Part shown: positions 12,893-27,680 of the stretch, piece by piece | How the letters are laid out: each line of letters opens with the position of its first letter | Position numbering within the stretch: position 1 is the first letter of the stretch | Assembly (NCBI GenBank): GCA_040954595.2 | Contig: CM082590.2 | Span: forward strand, 4,340,001-4,404,000 | Reading direction: 5' to 3' | Source of the DNA: Balanoglossus misakiensis | Lineage: Eukaryota; Animalia; Hemichordata | Length of the DNA stretch: 64,000 nucleotides | Notes under the pieces: model-generated | What the model was told of the DNA's origin: nothing | The model's database searches: none | What the model saw: the letters and a program-made list of their open reading frames with translations, nothing else | Translations under genes and position numbers: made by a program

Positions 12893-13440
12893 GAGGTTAT
12901 AAACGGCTAGCGAGGGTATTTGGTTGCGGATATAAGACCTCTCAGGTGAAAATTAGCATATTTGGCGGGAAATAATCACCGAGCGAAGCGAGGTGATTAT
13001 TTCACCCAAATATGCTAATTTTCACCTGAGAGGTCTTATATCCGTACCAAATACACGAGCGCACCGTTTATAACCTCATTATTATATGATTTTGCTTGAT
13101 AAAGATACAAATATGTAAACAATTTCCTTTTTTCAAATCCGTTGTTTGGTTGGGGATAAATCGTGCTAGTTCTAGGGCCTCGTCGCGCGCTGTTCCAGAA
13201 CGCGCAAGCTGAGCTCGTGCAAACGCGTTCTAGAATTTCTAAAGTCACGCGATTTTATGCTTCCGCCAATAGAATGTGGAAAGTGCGTTCTATTCAGGCG
13301 CGTTCTCTTCTACGTGTTCTATTTCGGATACTTTTTAAAAAACTATTCACTGTTCAGGGTCCAGGTACTAGGTCTTCTTGTCGAGAATATAAACCCCGGC
13401 TCCAGCCAATCAGCGAGCTAGATTCACACCAAGCATATTA
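12893..13440. mobile_element. 548 bp non-autonomous insertion with a terminal ~185 bp hairpin and 9 bp target duplication (Crypton-like, unclassified)
   Basis: gtttattta at both 12884-12892 and 13441-13449; inverted repeat 12893-13077 around the loop gagcgaagcg; no TIR pair. Confidence 0.75.
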
Positions 13441-16400
13441 GTTTATTTACCGAATTCTGTTGTGAGGCGCAGAACACGTAATAGGCCCATGCGCATTAGA
13501 AAGTTTTCCACCAGACTCTGTAGATCGACGGATAGTTGTAAAATGTCCATGGTTGCTTCCAAATACAGCCTTGTTTATTTACCGAATTCTGTTGTGAGGC
13601 GCAGAACACGTAATAGGCCTATGCGCATCAGAAAGTTTTCCACCAGACTCTGTAGATCGACGGATAGTTGTAAAATTTCCATGGTTGCTTCCAAACAGCC
13701 TCGTTTATTTACCGATTTCTGTTGTGAGGCGCAGAACACATAGATAGGCCTATGGGCATAAGAAACTTTTCAACTTTAGATCAACGGATAGTTCTAAAAT
13801 TTCCATGGTTGTTTCCAAACAGCCTCGTTTATTTACCGAATTCTGTTGTGATGCGTAGAACACATACATATGCCTATGCGCATAAGACAGTTTTCAACTA
13901 GACTCTGTAGATCGGCGGATAGTTGTAAAATTTCCATGGTTGCTTCCGAACAAAGCCTCGTTTGTTTACAAAATTCTGTTGTGACGCGCAGAACACATAG
14001 ATAGGCCTATGCGCATATGAACGTTTTCCACTATACCCTGTTGATCGAGAGATAGTTCTAAAATTTCCATGTTTGCTTCCAAACAGCCTCGTTTATATAC
14101 GGAATTCTGTTTTGAGGCGCAAAACACATAGATAGGCATATGTGCATAAGAAAGTTTTCCACTATAGACTCTGTAGATCGAGAGATAGTTCTAAAATTTC
14201 CATGGTTGCTTCCAAACACAGCCTCGTTTGTTTACCGATTTCTGTTGTGATGCGCATAACACATAGATAGGCCTATGCGCATAAGAACGCTTTCCACTAG
14301 ACTCTGTAGATCGACGGATAGCTGTAAAATTTCCATGGTTGCTTCCAAACAGCGTCGTTTATTTACCGATTTCTGTTGTGAGGCGCAGAACACATAGATA
14401 GGCCTATGCGCATAAGAAACTTTTCAACTTTAGATCAACGGATAGTTCTAAAATTTCCATGGTTGTTTCCAAACAGCCTCGTTTATTTACCGATTTCTGT
14501 TGTGAGGCGCAGAACACATAGATAGGCCTATGCGCATATGAACGTTTTCCACTATACTCTGTTGATCGAGAGATAGTTCTAAAATTTCCATGGTTGCTTC
14601 CAAACACAGCCTCGTTTGTTTACCGATTTCTGTTGTGATGCGCATAACACATAGATAGGCCTATGCGCATAAGAACGCTTTCCACTAGACTCTGTAGATC
14701 GAGAGATAGTTCTAAAATTTCCATGGTTGCTTCCAAACAGCCTCGTTTGTTTACAAAATTCTGTTGTGATGCGCAGAACACATATATAGGCCTATGCGCA
14801 TAAGAACGTTTTCCACTAGACTCTGTAGATCGACGGATAGCTGTAAAATTTCCATGGTTGTTTCTAAACAGCCTCGTTTATTTACCGAATTCTGCTGTGA
14901 GGCGCAGAACACGTAATAGGCCTATGCGCATTAGAAAGTTTTCCACCAGACTCTGTAGATCGACGGATAGTTGTAAAATGTCCATTGTTGCTTCCAAATA
15001 CAGCCTTGTTTATTTACCGATTTCTGTTGTGATGCGCATAACAAATGATAGGCCTATGCGCATAAGACATTTTTCCACTAGACTCTGTAATCGACGGATA
15101 GTTCTAAAATTTCCATGGTTGCTTCCAAACAGCCTCGTTTATTTACCGAATTCTATTGTGAGGCGCAGAACACGTAATAGGCCTATGCGCATTAGACAGT
15201 TTTCCACCAGACTCTGTAGATCGACGGATAGTTGTAAAATGTCCATGGTTGCTTCCAAATACAGCCTTGTTTATTTACCGAATTCTGTTGTGAGGCGCAG
15301 AACACGTAATAGGCCTATGCGCATAAGAAAGTTTTCCACCAGACTCTGTAGATCGACGGATAGTTGTAAAATTTCCATGGTTGCTTCCAAACAGCCTCGT
15401 TTATTTACCGATTTCTGTTGTGAGGCGCAGAACACATAGATAGGCCTATGCGCATAAGAAACTTTTCAACTTTAGATCAACGGATAGTTCTAAAATTTCC
15501 ATGGTTGTTTCCAAACAGCCTCGTTTATTTACCGAATTCTGTTGTGATGCGTAGAACACATACATATGCCTATGCGCATAAGAAAGTTTTCAACTAGACT
15601 CCGTAGATCGACGAATAGTTCTAAAATGTCCATGGTTGCTTCCAAACAAAGCCTCGTTTGTTTACAAAATTCTGTTGTGATGCGCAGAACACATAGATAG
15701 GCCTATGCGCATATGAACGTTTTCCACTATAACTCTGTTGATCGAGAGATAGTTCTAAAATTTCCATGTTTGCTTCCAAACAGCCTCGTTTATTTACGGA
15801 ATTCTGTTTTGAGGCGCAAAACACATAGATAGGCATATGTGCATAAGAAACTTTTCCACTATAGACTCTGTAGATCGACGGATAGCTGTAAAATTTCCAT
15901 GGTTGCTTCCAAACAGCCTCATTTATTTACCGATTTCTGTTGTGAGGCGCAGATAACATGATAGGCCTATGCGCATATGAACGTTTTCCACTAGACTCTG
16001 TAGATCGACGGATAGCTGTAAAATTTCCATGTTTGCTTCCAAACAGCCTCGTTTATTTACGGAATTCTGTTTTGAGGCGCAGAACACATAGATAGGCATA
16101 TGTGCATAAGAAAGTTTTTCACCAGACTCTGTAGATCGACGGATAGTTGTAAAATTTCCATGGTTGCTTCCAAACAGCCTCGTTTATTTACCGATTTCTG
16201 TTGTGAGGCGCAGAACACATAGATAGGCCTATGCGCATAAGAAACTTTTCAACTTTAGATCAACGGATAGTTCAAAAATTTCCATGGTTGCTTCCAAACA
16301 GCCTCGTTTATTTACCGAATTCTGTTGTGAGGCGCAGAACACGTAATAGGCCTATGCGCATTAGAAAGTTTTCCACCAGACTCTGTAGATCGACGGATAG

Positions 16401-19400
16401 TTGTAAAATGTCCATAGTTGCTTCCAAATACAGCCTTGTTTATTTACCGATTTCTGTTGTGATGCGCATAAAACATGATAGGCCTATGCGCATAAGACAT
16501 TTTTCCACTAGACTCTGTAGATCGACGGATAGTTCTAAAATTTCCATGGTTGCTTCCAAACAGCCTCGTTTATTTACCGAATTCTGTTGTGAGGCGCAGA
16601 ACACGTTATAGGCCTATGCGCATTAGAAAGTTTTCCACCAGACTCTGTAGATCGACGGATAGTTGTAAAATGTCCATGGTTGCTTCCAAATACAGCCTTG
16701 TTTATTTACCGATTTCTGTTGTGATGCGCATAACACATAGATAGGCCTATGCGCATAATAACGTTTTCCACTAGACTCTGTAGATCGACGGATAGTTCTA
16801 AAATTTCCATGGTTGCTTCCAAACAGCCTCGTTTATTTACCGAATTCTGTTGTGAGGCGCAGAACACGTAATAGGCCTATGCGCATAAGAAATTTTTCCA
16901 CCAGACTCTGTAGATCAACGGATAGTTCTAAAATTTCCATGGTTGTTTCCAAACAGCCTCGTTGATTTACCGAATTCTGTTGTGATGCGTAGAACACATA
17001 CATATGCCTATGCGCATAAGAAAGTTTTCAACTAGACTCCGTAGATCGACGAATAGTTCTAAAATGTCCATGGTTGCTTCCAAACAAAGCCTCGTTTGTT
17101 TACAAAATTCTGTTGTGATGCGCAGAACACATAGATAGGCCTTTGCGCATATGAACGTTTTCCACTATAACTCTGTTGATCGAGAGATAGTTCTAAAATT
17201 TCCATGTTTGCTTCCAAACAGCCTCGTTTATTTACGGAATTCTGTTTTGAGGCGCAAAACTCATAGATAGGCATATGTGCATAAGAAACTTTTCCACTAT
17301 AGACTCTGTAGATCGAGAGATAGTTCTAAAATTTCCACGGTTGCTTCCAAACACAGCCTCGTTTGTTTACCGATTTCTGTTGTGATGCGCATAACACATA
17401 GATAGGCCTATGCGCATAAGAACGTTTTCCACTAGACTCTGTAGATCGACGGATAGCTGTAAAATTTCCATGTTTGCTTCCAAACAGCCTCGTTTATTTA
17501 CGGAATTATGTTTTGAGGCGCAGAACACATAGATAGGCATATGTGCATAAGAAAGTTTTTCACCAGACTCTGTAGATCGACGGATAGTTGTAAAATTTCC
17601 ATGGTTGCTTCCAAACAGCCTCGTTTATTTACCGATTTCTGTTGTGAGGCGCAGAACACATAGATAGGCCTATGCGCATAAGAAACTTTTCAACTTTAGA
17701 TCACCGGATAGTTCTAAAATTTCCATGGTTGTTTCCAAACAGCCTCGTTTATTTACCGAATTCTGTTGTGAGGCGCAGAACACGTAATAGGCCTATGCGC
17801 ATTAGAAAGTTTTCCACCAGACTCTGTAGATCGACGGATAGTTGTAAAATGTCCATAGTTGCTTCCAAATACAGCCTTGTTTATTTACCGATTTCTGTTG
17901 TGATGCGCATAACACATGATAGGCCTATGCGCATAAGACATTTTTCCACCAGACTCTGTAGATCGACGGATAGTTGTAAAATTTCCATGGTTGCTTCCAA
18001 ACAGCCTCGTTTATTTACCGATTTCTGTTGTGAGGCGCAGAACACATAGATAGGCCTATGCGCATATGAACGTTTTCCACTATACTCTGTTGATCGAGAG
18101 ATAGTTCTAAAATTTCCATGGTTGCTTCCAAACACAGCCTCGTTTGTTTACCGATTTCTGTTGTGATGCGCATAACACATAGATAGGCCTATGCGCATAA
18201 GAACGCTTTCCACTAGACTCTGTAGATCGAGAGATAGTTCTAAAATTTCCATGGTTGCTTCCAAACAGCCTCGTTTGTTTACAAAATTCTGTTGTGATGC
18301 GCAGAACAGATATATAGGCCTATGCGCATAAGAACGTTTTCCACTAGACTCTGTAGATCGACGGATAGCTGTAAAATTTCCATGGTTGTTTCCAAACAGC
18401 CTCGTTTATTTACCGAATTCTGCTGTGAGGCGCAGAACACGTAATAGGCCTATGCGCATTAGAAAGTTTTCCACCAGACTCTGTAGATCGACGGATAGTT
18501 GTAAAATGTCCATTGTTGCTTCCAAATACAGCCTTGTTTATTTACCGATTTCTGTTGTGATGCGCATAACAAATGATAGGCCTATGCGCATAAGACATTT
18601 TCCCACTAGACTCTGTAATCGACGGATAGTTCTAAAATTTCCATGGTTGCTTCCAAACAGCCTCGTTTATTTACCGAATTCTGTTGTGAGGCGCAGAACA
18701 CGTAATAGGCCTATGCGCATAAGAAAGTTTTCCACCAGACTCTGTAGATCGACGGATAGTTGTAAAATTTCCATGGTTGCTTCCAAACAGCCTCGTTTAT
18801 TTACCGATTTCTGTTGTGAGGCGCAGAACACATAGATAGGCCTATGCGCATAAGAAACTTTTCAACTTTAGATCAACGGATAGTTCTAAAATTTCCATGG
18901 TTGTTTCCAAACAGCCTCGTTTATTTACCGATTTCTGTTGTGATGCGTAGAACACATACATATGCCTATGCGCATAAGAAAGTTTTCAACTAGACTCCGT
19001 AGATCGACGAATAGTTCTAAAATGTCCATGGTTGCTTCCAAACAAAGCCTCGTTTGTTTACAAAATTCTGTTGTGATGCGCAGAACACATAGATAGGCCT
19101 ATGCGCATATGAACGTTTTCCACTATAACTCTGTTGATCGAGAGATAGTTCTAAAATTTCCATGTTTGCTTCCAAACAGCCTCGTTTATTTACGGAATTC
19201 TGTTTTGAGGCGCAAAACACATAGATAGGCATATGTGCATAAGAAACTTTTCCACTATAGACTCTGTAGATCGAGAGATAGTTCTAAAATTTCCACGGTT
19301 GCTTCCAAACACAGCCTCGTTTGTTTACCGATTTCTGTTGTGATGCGCATAACACATAGATAGGCCTATGCGCATAAGAACGTTTTCCACTAGACTCTGT

Positions 19401-22400
19401 AGATCGACGGATAGCTGTAAAATTTCCATGTTTGCTTCCAAACAGCCTCGTTTATTTACGGAATTATGTTTTGAGGCGCAGAACACATAGATAGGCATAT
19501 GTGCATAAGAAAGTTTTTCACCAGAATCTGTAGATCGACGGATAGTTGTAAAATTTCCATGGTTGCTTCCAAACAGCCTCGTTTATTTACCGATTTCTGT
19601 TGTGAGGCGCAGAACACATAGATAGGCCTATGCGCATATGAAACTTTTCAACTTTAGATCGACGGATAGTTCTAAAATTTCCATGGTTGCTTCAAAACTG
19701 TCTCGTGTATTTACGGAATTCTGTTGGGAGGCACAGAACACATAGATAGGCATATGTGCATAATAAAGTTTTCCACTAGATTCTGTAGATCGACGCATAG
19801 TTCTAAAATTTCCATGGTTGCTTCCAAACAGCCTCGTTTATTTACCGAATTCTGTTGTTAGGCGCAGAACACGTAATAGGCCTATGCGCATAAGAAAGTT
19901 TTCCACCAGACTCTGTAGATCGACGGATAGTTGTAAAATTTACATGGTTGCTTCCAAATACAGCCTCGTTTATTTACCGATTTCTGTTGTGATGCGCATA
20001 ACACATAGATAGGCCTATGCGCATAAGAACGTTTTCCACTAGACTCTGTAGATCGACGGATTGTTCTAAAATTTCCATGGTTGCTTCGAAACAGCCTCGT
20101 TTATTTACCGAATTCTGATGTGAGGCGCAGAACACGTAATAGGCCTATGCGCATAAGAAACTTTTCAACTTTAGATCGACGGATAGTTCTAAAATTTTCA
20201 TGGTTGCTTCAAAACAGTCTCGTGTATTTACGGAATTCTGTTGGGAGGCACAGAACACATAGATAGGCCTATGTGCATAATAAAGTTTTCCACTAGACTC
20301 TGTAGATCGAGAGATAGTTCTAAAATTTCCATGGTTGTTTCCAAACACAGCCTCGTTCATTTTCAAAATTCTGTTGTGATGCGCTGAACACATACATAAG
20401 CCTATGCGCAAAAGGAAGTTTCGCACTAGACTCTGTAGATCGACGGATAGTTATAAAATTTCCATGATTGCTTCCAAACACATTCTCGATTGTTTACAAA
20501 ATTCTGTTGTGATGCGCAGAACACATATATAGGCCTATGCGCATATGAACGTTTTCCACTATACTCCGTAGATCTGACAGATAGTTCTAAAATGTCCATT
20601 GTTGCTTCCAAACAAAGCCTCGTTTGTTTACAAAATTCTGTTGTGATGTGCATAACACATGATAGGCCTATGCGCATATGAACGTTTTCCACTATACTCT
20701 GCAGATCGAGAGATAGTTCTAGAATTTCCATGTTTGCTTCCAAACAGCCTCGTTTATTTACGGATTTCTGTTGTGATGCGCATAACACATAGATAGGCCT
20801 ATGCGCATAAGAACGTTTTCCACTAGACTCTGTAGATCGACGGATAGTTCTAAAATTTCCATGGTTGCTTCGAAACAGCCTCGTTTATTTACCGAATTCT
20901 GATGTGAGGCGCAGAACACGTAATAGGCCTATGCGCATAAGAAACTTTTCAACTTTAGATCGACGGATAGTTCTAAAATTTGCATGGTTGCTTCAAAACA
21001 GTCTCGTGTATTTACGGAATTCTGTTGGGAAGCACAGAACACATAGATAGGCCTATGTGCATAATAAAGTTTTCCACTAGACTCTGTAGATGGAGAGATA
21101 GTTCTAAAATTTCCATGGTTGTTTCCAAACACAGCCTCGTTCATTTACAAAATTATGTTGTGATGCGCTGAACACATACATAAGCCTATGCCCATAAGGA
21201 AGTTTCGCACTAGACTCTGTAGATCGACGGATAGTTCTAAAATTTCCATGATTGCTTCCAAACACATTCTCGATTGTTTACAAAATTCTGTTGTGATGCG
21301 CAGAACACATATATAGGCCTATGCGCATATGGACGTTTTCCACTATACTCCGTAGATCGACAGATAGTTCTAAAATGTCCATTGTTGCTTCCAAACAAAG
21401 CCTCGTTTGTTTACAAAATTCTGTTGTGATGTGCATAACACATGATAGGCCTATGCGCATATGCACGTTTTCCACTATACTCTGTAGATCGAGAGATAGT
21501 TCTAAAATTTCCATGTTTGCTTCCAAACAGCCTCGTTTATTTACGGAATTCTGTTGTGAGGCGCAGAACACATGATAGGCCTATGCGCATAAGACATTTT
21601 TCCACTAGACTCTGTAGATCGACGGATAGTTCAAAAATTTCCATGGTTGCTTCCAAACAGCCTTGTTTATTTACCGAATTCTGTTGTGAGGCGCAGAACA
21701 CGTAATAGGCCTATGCGCATAAGAAATTTTTCCACCAGACTCTGTGGATCGACGGATAGTTGTAAAATTTCTATGGTTGTTTCCAAACAGCCTCGTTTAT
21801 TTACCGAATTCTGTTGTGATGCGTAGAACACATACATATGCCTATGCGCATAAGAAATTTTTCCACTAGACTCCGTAGATCGACGGATAGTTCTAAAATT
21901 TCCATGGTTGCTTCCAAACAAAGCATCGTTTGTTTACAAAATTCTGTTGTGATGCGCAGAACACATAGAGAGGCCTATGCGCATAAGAACGTTTTCCACT
22001 AGACACTGTATATCGACGGATAGTTCTAAAATTTCCATGGTTGCTTCCAAACACATCCTCGTTTGTTTACAAAATTCTGTTGTGATGCGCAGAACACATA
22101 GATAGGCCTATGCGCATTGGAAAGTTTTCCACTAGACTCCGTAGATCGACGGATAGTTCTGAAATTTCCATGGTTGCTTCCAAACACATCCTCGTTTGTT
22201 TACAAAATTCTGTTGTGATGCGCAGAACACATAGATAGGCCTATGCGCATATGAACGTTTTCCACTATACTCTGTAGATCGACGGATAGTTCTAAGATTT
22301 CCATGGTTGCTTCCAAACAGCCTCGTTTATTTACCGGATTCTGTTGTGAGGCACAGAACACATAGATAGTCCTATGTGCATAAGAAAGTTTTCCACAAGA

Positions 22401-24460
22401 CTCTGTAGATCGCGAGATAGTTCTAAAATTTCCATGATTGCTTCCAGACACAGCCTCGTTTGTTTACAAAATTCTGTTGGGAAGCGCAGAACACATAGAT
22501 AGGCCTATGCGCATGAGAACGTTTTCCACTAGACTCTGTAGATCGACGGATAGTTCTAAAATTTCCATGGTTGCTTCGAAACAAAGCCTTGTTTGTTTAC
22601 AAAATTATGTTGTGATGCGCAGAACACATGATAGGCCAATGCGCATAAGAAACTTTTCCACTGTAGATCGACGGATAGTTCTAAAATTTCCATGGTTGTT
22701 TCCAAACAGCCTCGTTTATTTACCGAATTCTGTTGTGAGGCGCAGAACACGTAATAGGCCTATGCGCATTAGAAAGTTTTCCACCAGACTCTGTAGATCG
22801 ACGGATAGTTGTAAAATGTCCATAGTTGCTTCCAAATACAGCCTTGTTTATTTACCGATTTCTGTTGTGATGCGCATAACACATGATAGGCCTATGCGCA
22901 TAAGACATTTTTCCACTAGACTCTGTAGATCGACGGATAGTTCTAAAATTTCCATGGTTGCTTCCAAACAGCCTCGTTTATTTACCGAATTCTGTTGTGA
23001 GGCGCAGAACACGTAATAGGCCTATGCGCATTAGAAAGTTTTCCACCAGACTCTGTAGATCGACGGATAGTTGTAAAATGTCCATGGTTGCTTCCAAATA
23101 CAGCCTTGTTTATTTACCGATTTCTGTTGTGATGCGCATAACACATAGATAGGCCTATGCGCATAATAACGTTTTCCACTAGACTCTGTAGATCGACGGA
23201 TAGTTCTAAAATTTCTATGGTTGCTTCCAAACAGCATCGTTTATTTACCGAATTCTGTTGTGAGGCGCAGAACACGTAATAGGCCTATGCGCATAAGAAC
23301 GTTTTCCACCAGACTCTGTAGATCGACGGATAGTTGTAAAATTTCCATGGTTGCTTCCAAACAGCCTCGTTTATTTACCGATTTCTGTTGTGAGGCGCAG
23401 AACACATAGATAGGCCTATGCGCATAAGAAACTTTTCAACTTTAGATCAACGGATAGTTCTAAAATTTCCATGGTTGTTTCCAAACAGCCTCGTTTATTT
23501 ACCGAATTCTGTTGTGATGCGTAGAACACATACATATGCCTATGCGCATAAGAAAGTTTTCAACTAGACTCCGTAGATCGACGAATAGTTCTAAAATGTC
23601 CATGGTTGCTTCCAAACAAAGCCTCGTTTGTTTACAAAATTCTGTTGTGATGCGCAGAACACATAGATAGGCCTATGCGCATATGAACGTTTTCCACTAT
23701 ACTCTGTTGATCGAGAGAGAGTTCTAAAATTTCCATGTTTGCTTCCAAACAGCCTCGTTTGTTTACAAAATTCTGTTGTGATGCGCAGAACACATATATA
23801 GGCCTATGCGCATAAGAACGTTTTCCACTAGACTCTGTAGATCGACGGATAGCTGTAAAATTTCCATGTTTGCTTCCAAACAGCCGCGTTTATTTACGGA
23901 ATTCTGTTTTGAGGCGCAGAACACATAGATAGGCATATGTGCATAAGAAAGTTTTCCACTATAGACTCTGTAGATCGAGAGATAGTTCTAAAATGTCCAT
24001 GGTTGCTTCCAAACAGCCTCGTTTGTTTACAAAATTCTGTTGTGATGCGCAGAACACATATATAGGCCTATGCGCATAAGAACGTTTTCCACTAGACTCA
24101 GTAGATCGACGGATAGCTGTAAAATTTCCATGATTGCTTCCAAACAGCCTCATTTATTTACCGATTTCTGTTGTGAGGCGCAGAACACATGATAGGCCTA
24201 TGCGCATAAGAACGTTTTCCACTAGACTCTGTAGATCGACGGATAGCTGTAAAATTTCCATGTTTGCTTCCAAACAGCCTCGTTTATTTACGGAATTCTG
24301 TTTTGAGGCGCAGAACACATAGATAGGCATATGTGCATAAGAAAGTTTTCCACTATAGACTCTGTAGATCGAGAGATAGTTCTAAAATGTCCATGGTTGC
24401 TTCCAAACACAACCTCGTTTGTTTACAAAATTCTGTTGTGATGCGCAGAACATATATATA

Positions 24461-25453
24461 CAGTCAGGACGTAAGTGGGGTAATTAAACAGCAGGGGATC
24501 ATGCAATGCAAACACTTGAACTGGCCAGTAACGTTTGAATTGCTCATTTGCATACAGTTTTTCCACTTTTTTCACAACGAAAGTTAAGCAACTTGCAACC
24601 CATTTCTGACAATTATTTCACCCCAGGCACATTACTGGTACTATGAGTGTACTACATGTGATTTTTCATGAAGTTTTATCGAGAAGAATTTCTTTACTTC
24701 CACTGACAAAATTGTGATCACGAAATTCAAAGTGACCTTGAAGTTAAAAAATCAAAAAAAAAAATATCAGCCATACCCACACAAAAATTAACCCCCTCAG
24801 GTTTTAGAAACATTATTAAACTCCTCTATTCATAATTTTGACATGAATATATCCATGCCGAGAGTCAAGGACCACAATTTACAGTGCCATAGGTCAGTCC
24901 TGAGAAGTCAGTCAGCGTGAATAGTGTATAGACTCCGTATGTAATATGCTAATGAGAGTTAACGACGCGTTGAAAAGGAAGCCATTACGTCATGGGTTAA
25001 CATGCGTTGACCTACTTCAATGCATACACATATGGCAAAAACGGCTGTACTCGTCGATGGCGAAGGCAATTTTTACACCGTCATTACTCCACAACGGAGC
25101 GGCTCACAACGTTATAATTTCACGGTAACTTAGTTCAATATCTTCCTAACCTACCCAATTTTTTTCAAGACAAGAAATCTTTGCCGAGAGTCAAGGACCA
25201 CAATTTAAACCAACATACCGAAACTGTCTATCTCGGGAACGTGTCGTTAAAACTTCACGAAAAATCATCCTATCATTGACTATGGTGTTTCATACACGTC
25301 TTAGAAAAATGGATGCACTACGATCACTTGTAGTACCGAAAATCTCCGTTTGAAAATTTTTCGAACTGGCCGTAACTGCCACTCAGCGACGTTCACATTC
25401 AAATAGATCTCTTTGATCTCACCGCCGTAATTACCCCACTTACGTCCTGACTG
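24461..25453. mobile_element. Tc1/mariner (pogo/Tigger-like) MITE, 993 bp, copy 1
   Basis: Perfect 26 bp TIR CAGTCAGGACGTAAGTGGGGTAATTA, TA on both sides, no transposase ORF. Confidence 0.85.
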
Positions 25454-27680
25454 TATATGCCTATGCGCATAAGAACGTTTTCCACTAGACTCTGTTGATC
25501 GACGGATAGCTGTAAAATTTCCATGGTTGCTTCCAAACAGCCTCGTTTATTTACCGAATTCTGATGTGAGGCGCAGAACACGTAATAGGCCTATGCACAT
25601 AAGAAACTTTTCAACTTTAGATCGACGGATAGTTCTAAAATTTCCATGGTTGCTTCAAAACAGTCTCGTGTATTTACGGAATTCTGTTGGGAGGCACAGA
25701 ACACATAGATAGGCCTATGTGCATAATAAAGTTTTCCACTAGACTCTGTAGATCGAGAGATAGTTCTAAAATTTCCATGGTGGTTTCCAAACACAGCCTC
25801 GTTCATTTACAAAATTCTGTTGTGATGCGCTGAACACAAACATAAGCCTATGCGCATAAGGAAGTTTCGCACTAGACTCTGTAGATCGACGGATAGTTCT
25901 AAAATTTCCATTATTGCTTCCAAACACATTCTCGATTGTTTACAAAATTCTGTTGTGATGCGCAGAACACATATATAGGCCTATGCGCATATGAACGTTT
26001 TCCACTATACTCCGTAGATCGACAGATAGTTCTAAAATGTCCATTGTTGCTGCCAAACAAAGCCTCGTTTGTTTACAAAATTCTGTTGTGATGTGCATAA
26101 CACATGATAGGCCTATGCGCATATGAACGTTTTCCACTATACTCTGTAGATCGAGAGATCGTTCTAGAATTTCCATGTTTGCTTCCAAACAGCCTCGTTT
26201 ATTTACGGATTTCTGTTGTGATGCGCATAACACATAGATAGGCCTATGCGCATAAGAACGTTTTCCACTAGACTCTGTAGATCGACGGATAGTTCTAAAA
26301 TTTCCATGGTTGCTTCGAAACAGCCTCGTTTATTTACCGAATTCTGATGTGAGGCGCAGAGCACGTAATAGGCCTATGCGCATAAGAAACTTTTCAACTT
26401 TAGATCGACGGATAGTTCTAAAATTTCCATGGTTGCTTCAAAACAGTCTCGTGTATTTACGGAATTCTGTTGGGAGGCACAGAACACATAGATAGGCCTA
26501 TGTGCATAATAAAGTTTTCCACTAGACTCTGTAGATCGAGAGATAGTTCTAAAATTTCCATGGTTGTTTCCAAACACAGCCTCGTTCATTTACAAAATTA
26601 TGTTGTGATGCGCTGAACACATACATAAGCCTATGCGCATAAGGAAGTTTCGCACTAGACTCTGTAGATCGACGGATAGTTCTAAAATTTCCATGATTGC
26701 TTCCAAACAGCCTCATTTATTTACCGATTTCTGTTGTGAGGCGCAGAACACATATATAGGCCTATGCGCATATGAACGTTTTCCACTATACTCCGTAGAT
26801 CGACAGATAGTTCTAAAATGTCCATTGTTGCTTCCAAACAAAGCCTCGTTTGTTTACAAAATTCTGTTGTGATGTGCATAACACATGATAGGCCTATGCG
26901 CATATGCACGTTTTCCACTATACTCTGTAGATCGAGAGATAGTTCTAGAATTTCCATGTTTGCTTCCAAACAGCCTCGTTTATTTACCGAATTCTGTTGT
27001 GAGGCGCAGAACACATAATAGGCCTATGCGCATAAGAAACTTTTCCACCAGACTCTGTGGATCGACGGATAGTTGTAAAATTTCTATGGTTGTTTCCAAA
27101 CAGCCTCGTTTATTTACCGAATTCTGTTGTGATGCGTAGAACACATACATATGCCTATGCGCATAAGAAATTTTTCCACTAGATTCCGTAGATCGACGGA
27201 TAGTTCTAAAATTTCCATGGTTGCTTCCAAACAAAGCATCGTTTGTTTACAAAATTCTGTTGTGATGCGCAGAACACATAGAGAGGCCTATGCGCATAAG
27301 AACGTTTTCCACTAGACTCTGTAGATCGACGGATAGCTGTAAAATTTCCATGATTGCTTCAAAACAGCCTCATTTATTTACCGATTTCTGTTGTGAGGCG
27401 CAGAACATATGATAGGCCTATGCGCATAAGAACGTTTTCCACTAGACTCTGTAGATCGACGGATAGCTGTAAAATTTCCATGTTTGCTTCCAAACAGCCT
27501 CGTTTATTTACGGAATTCTGTTTTGAGGCGCAGAACACATAGATAGGCATATGTGCATAAGAAAGTTTTCCACTATAGACTCTGTAGATCGAGAGATAGT
27601 TCTAAAATGTCCATGGTTGCTTCCAAACACAACCTCGTTTGTTTACATAATTCTGTTGTGATGCGCAGAACATATATATA

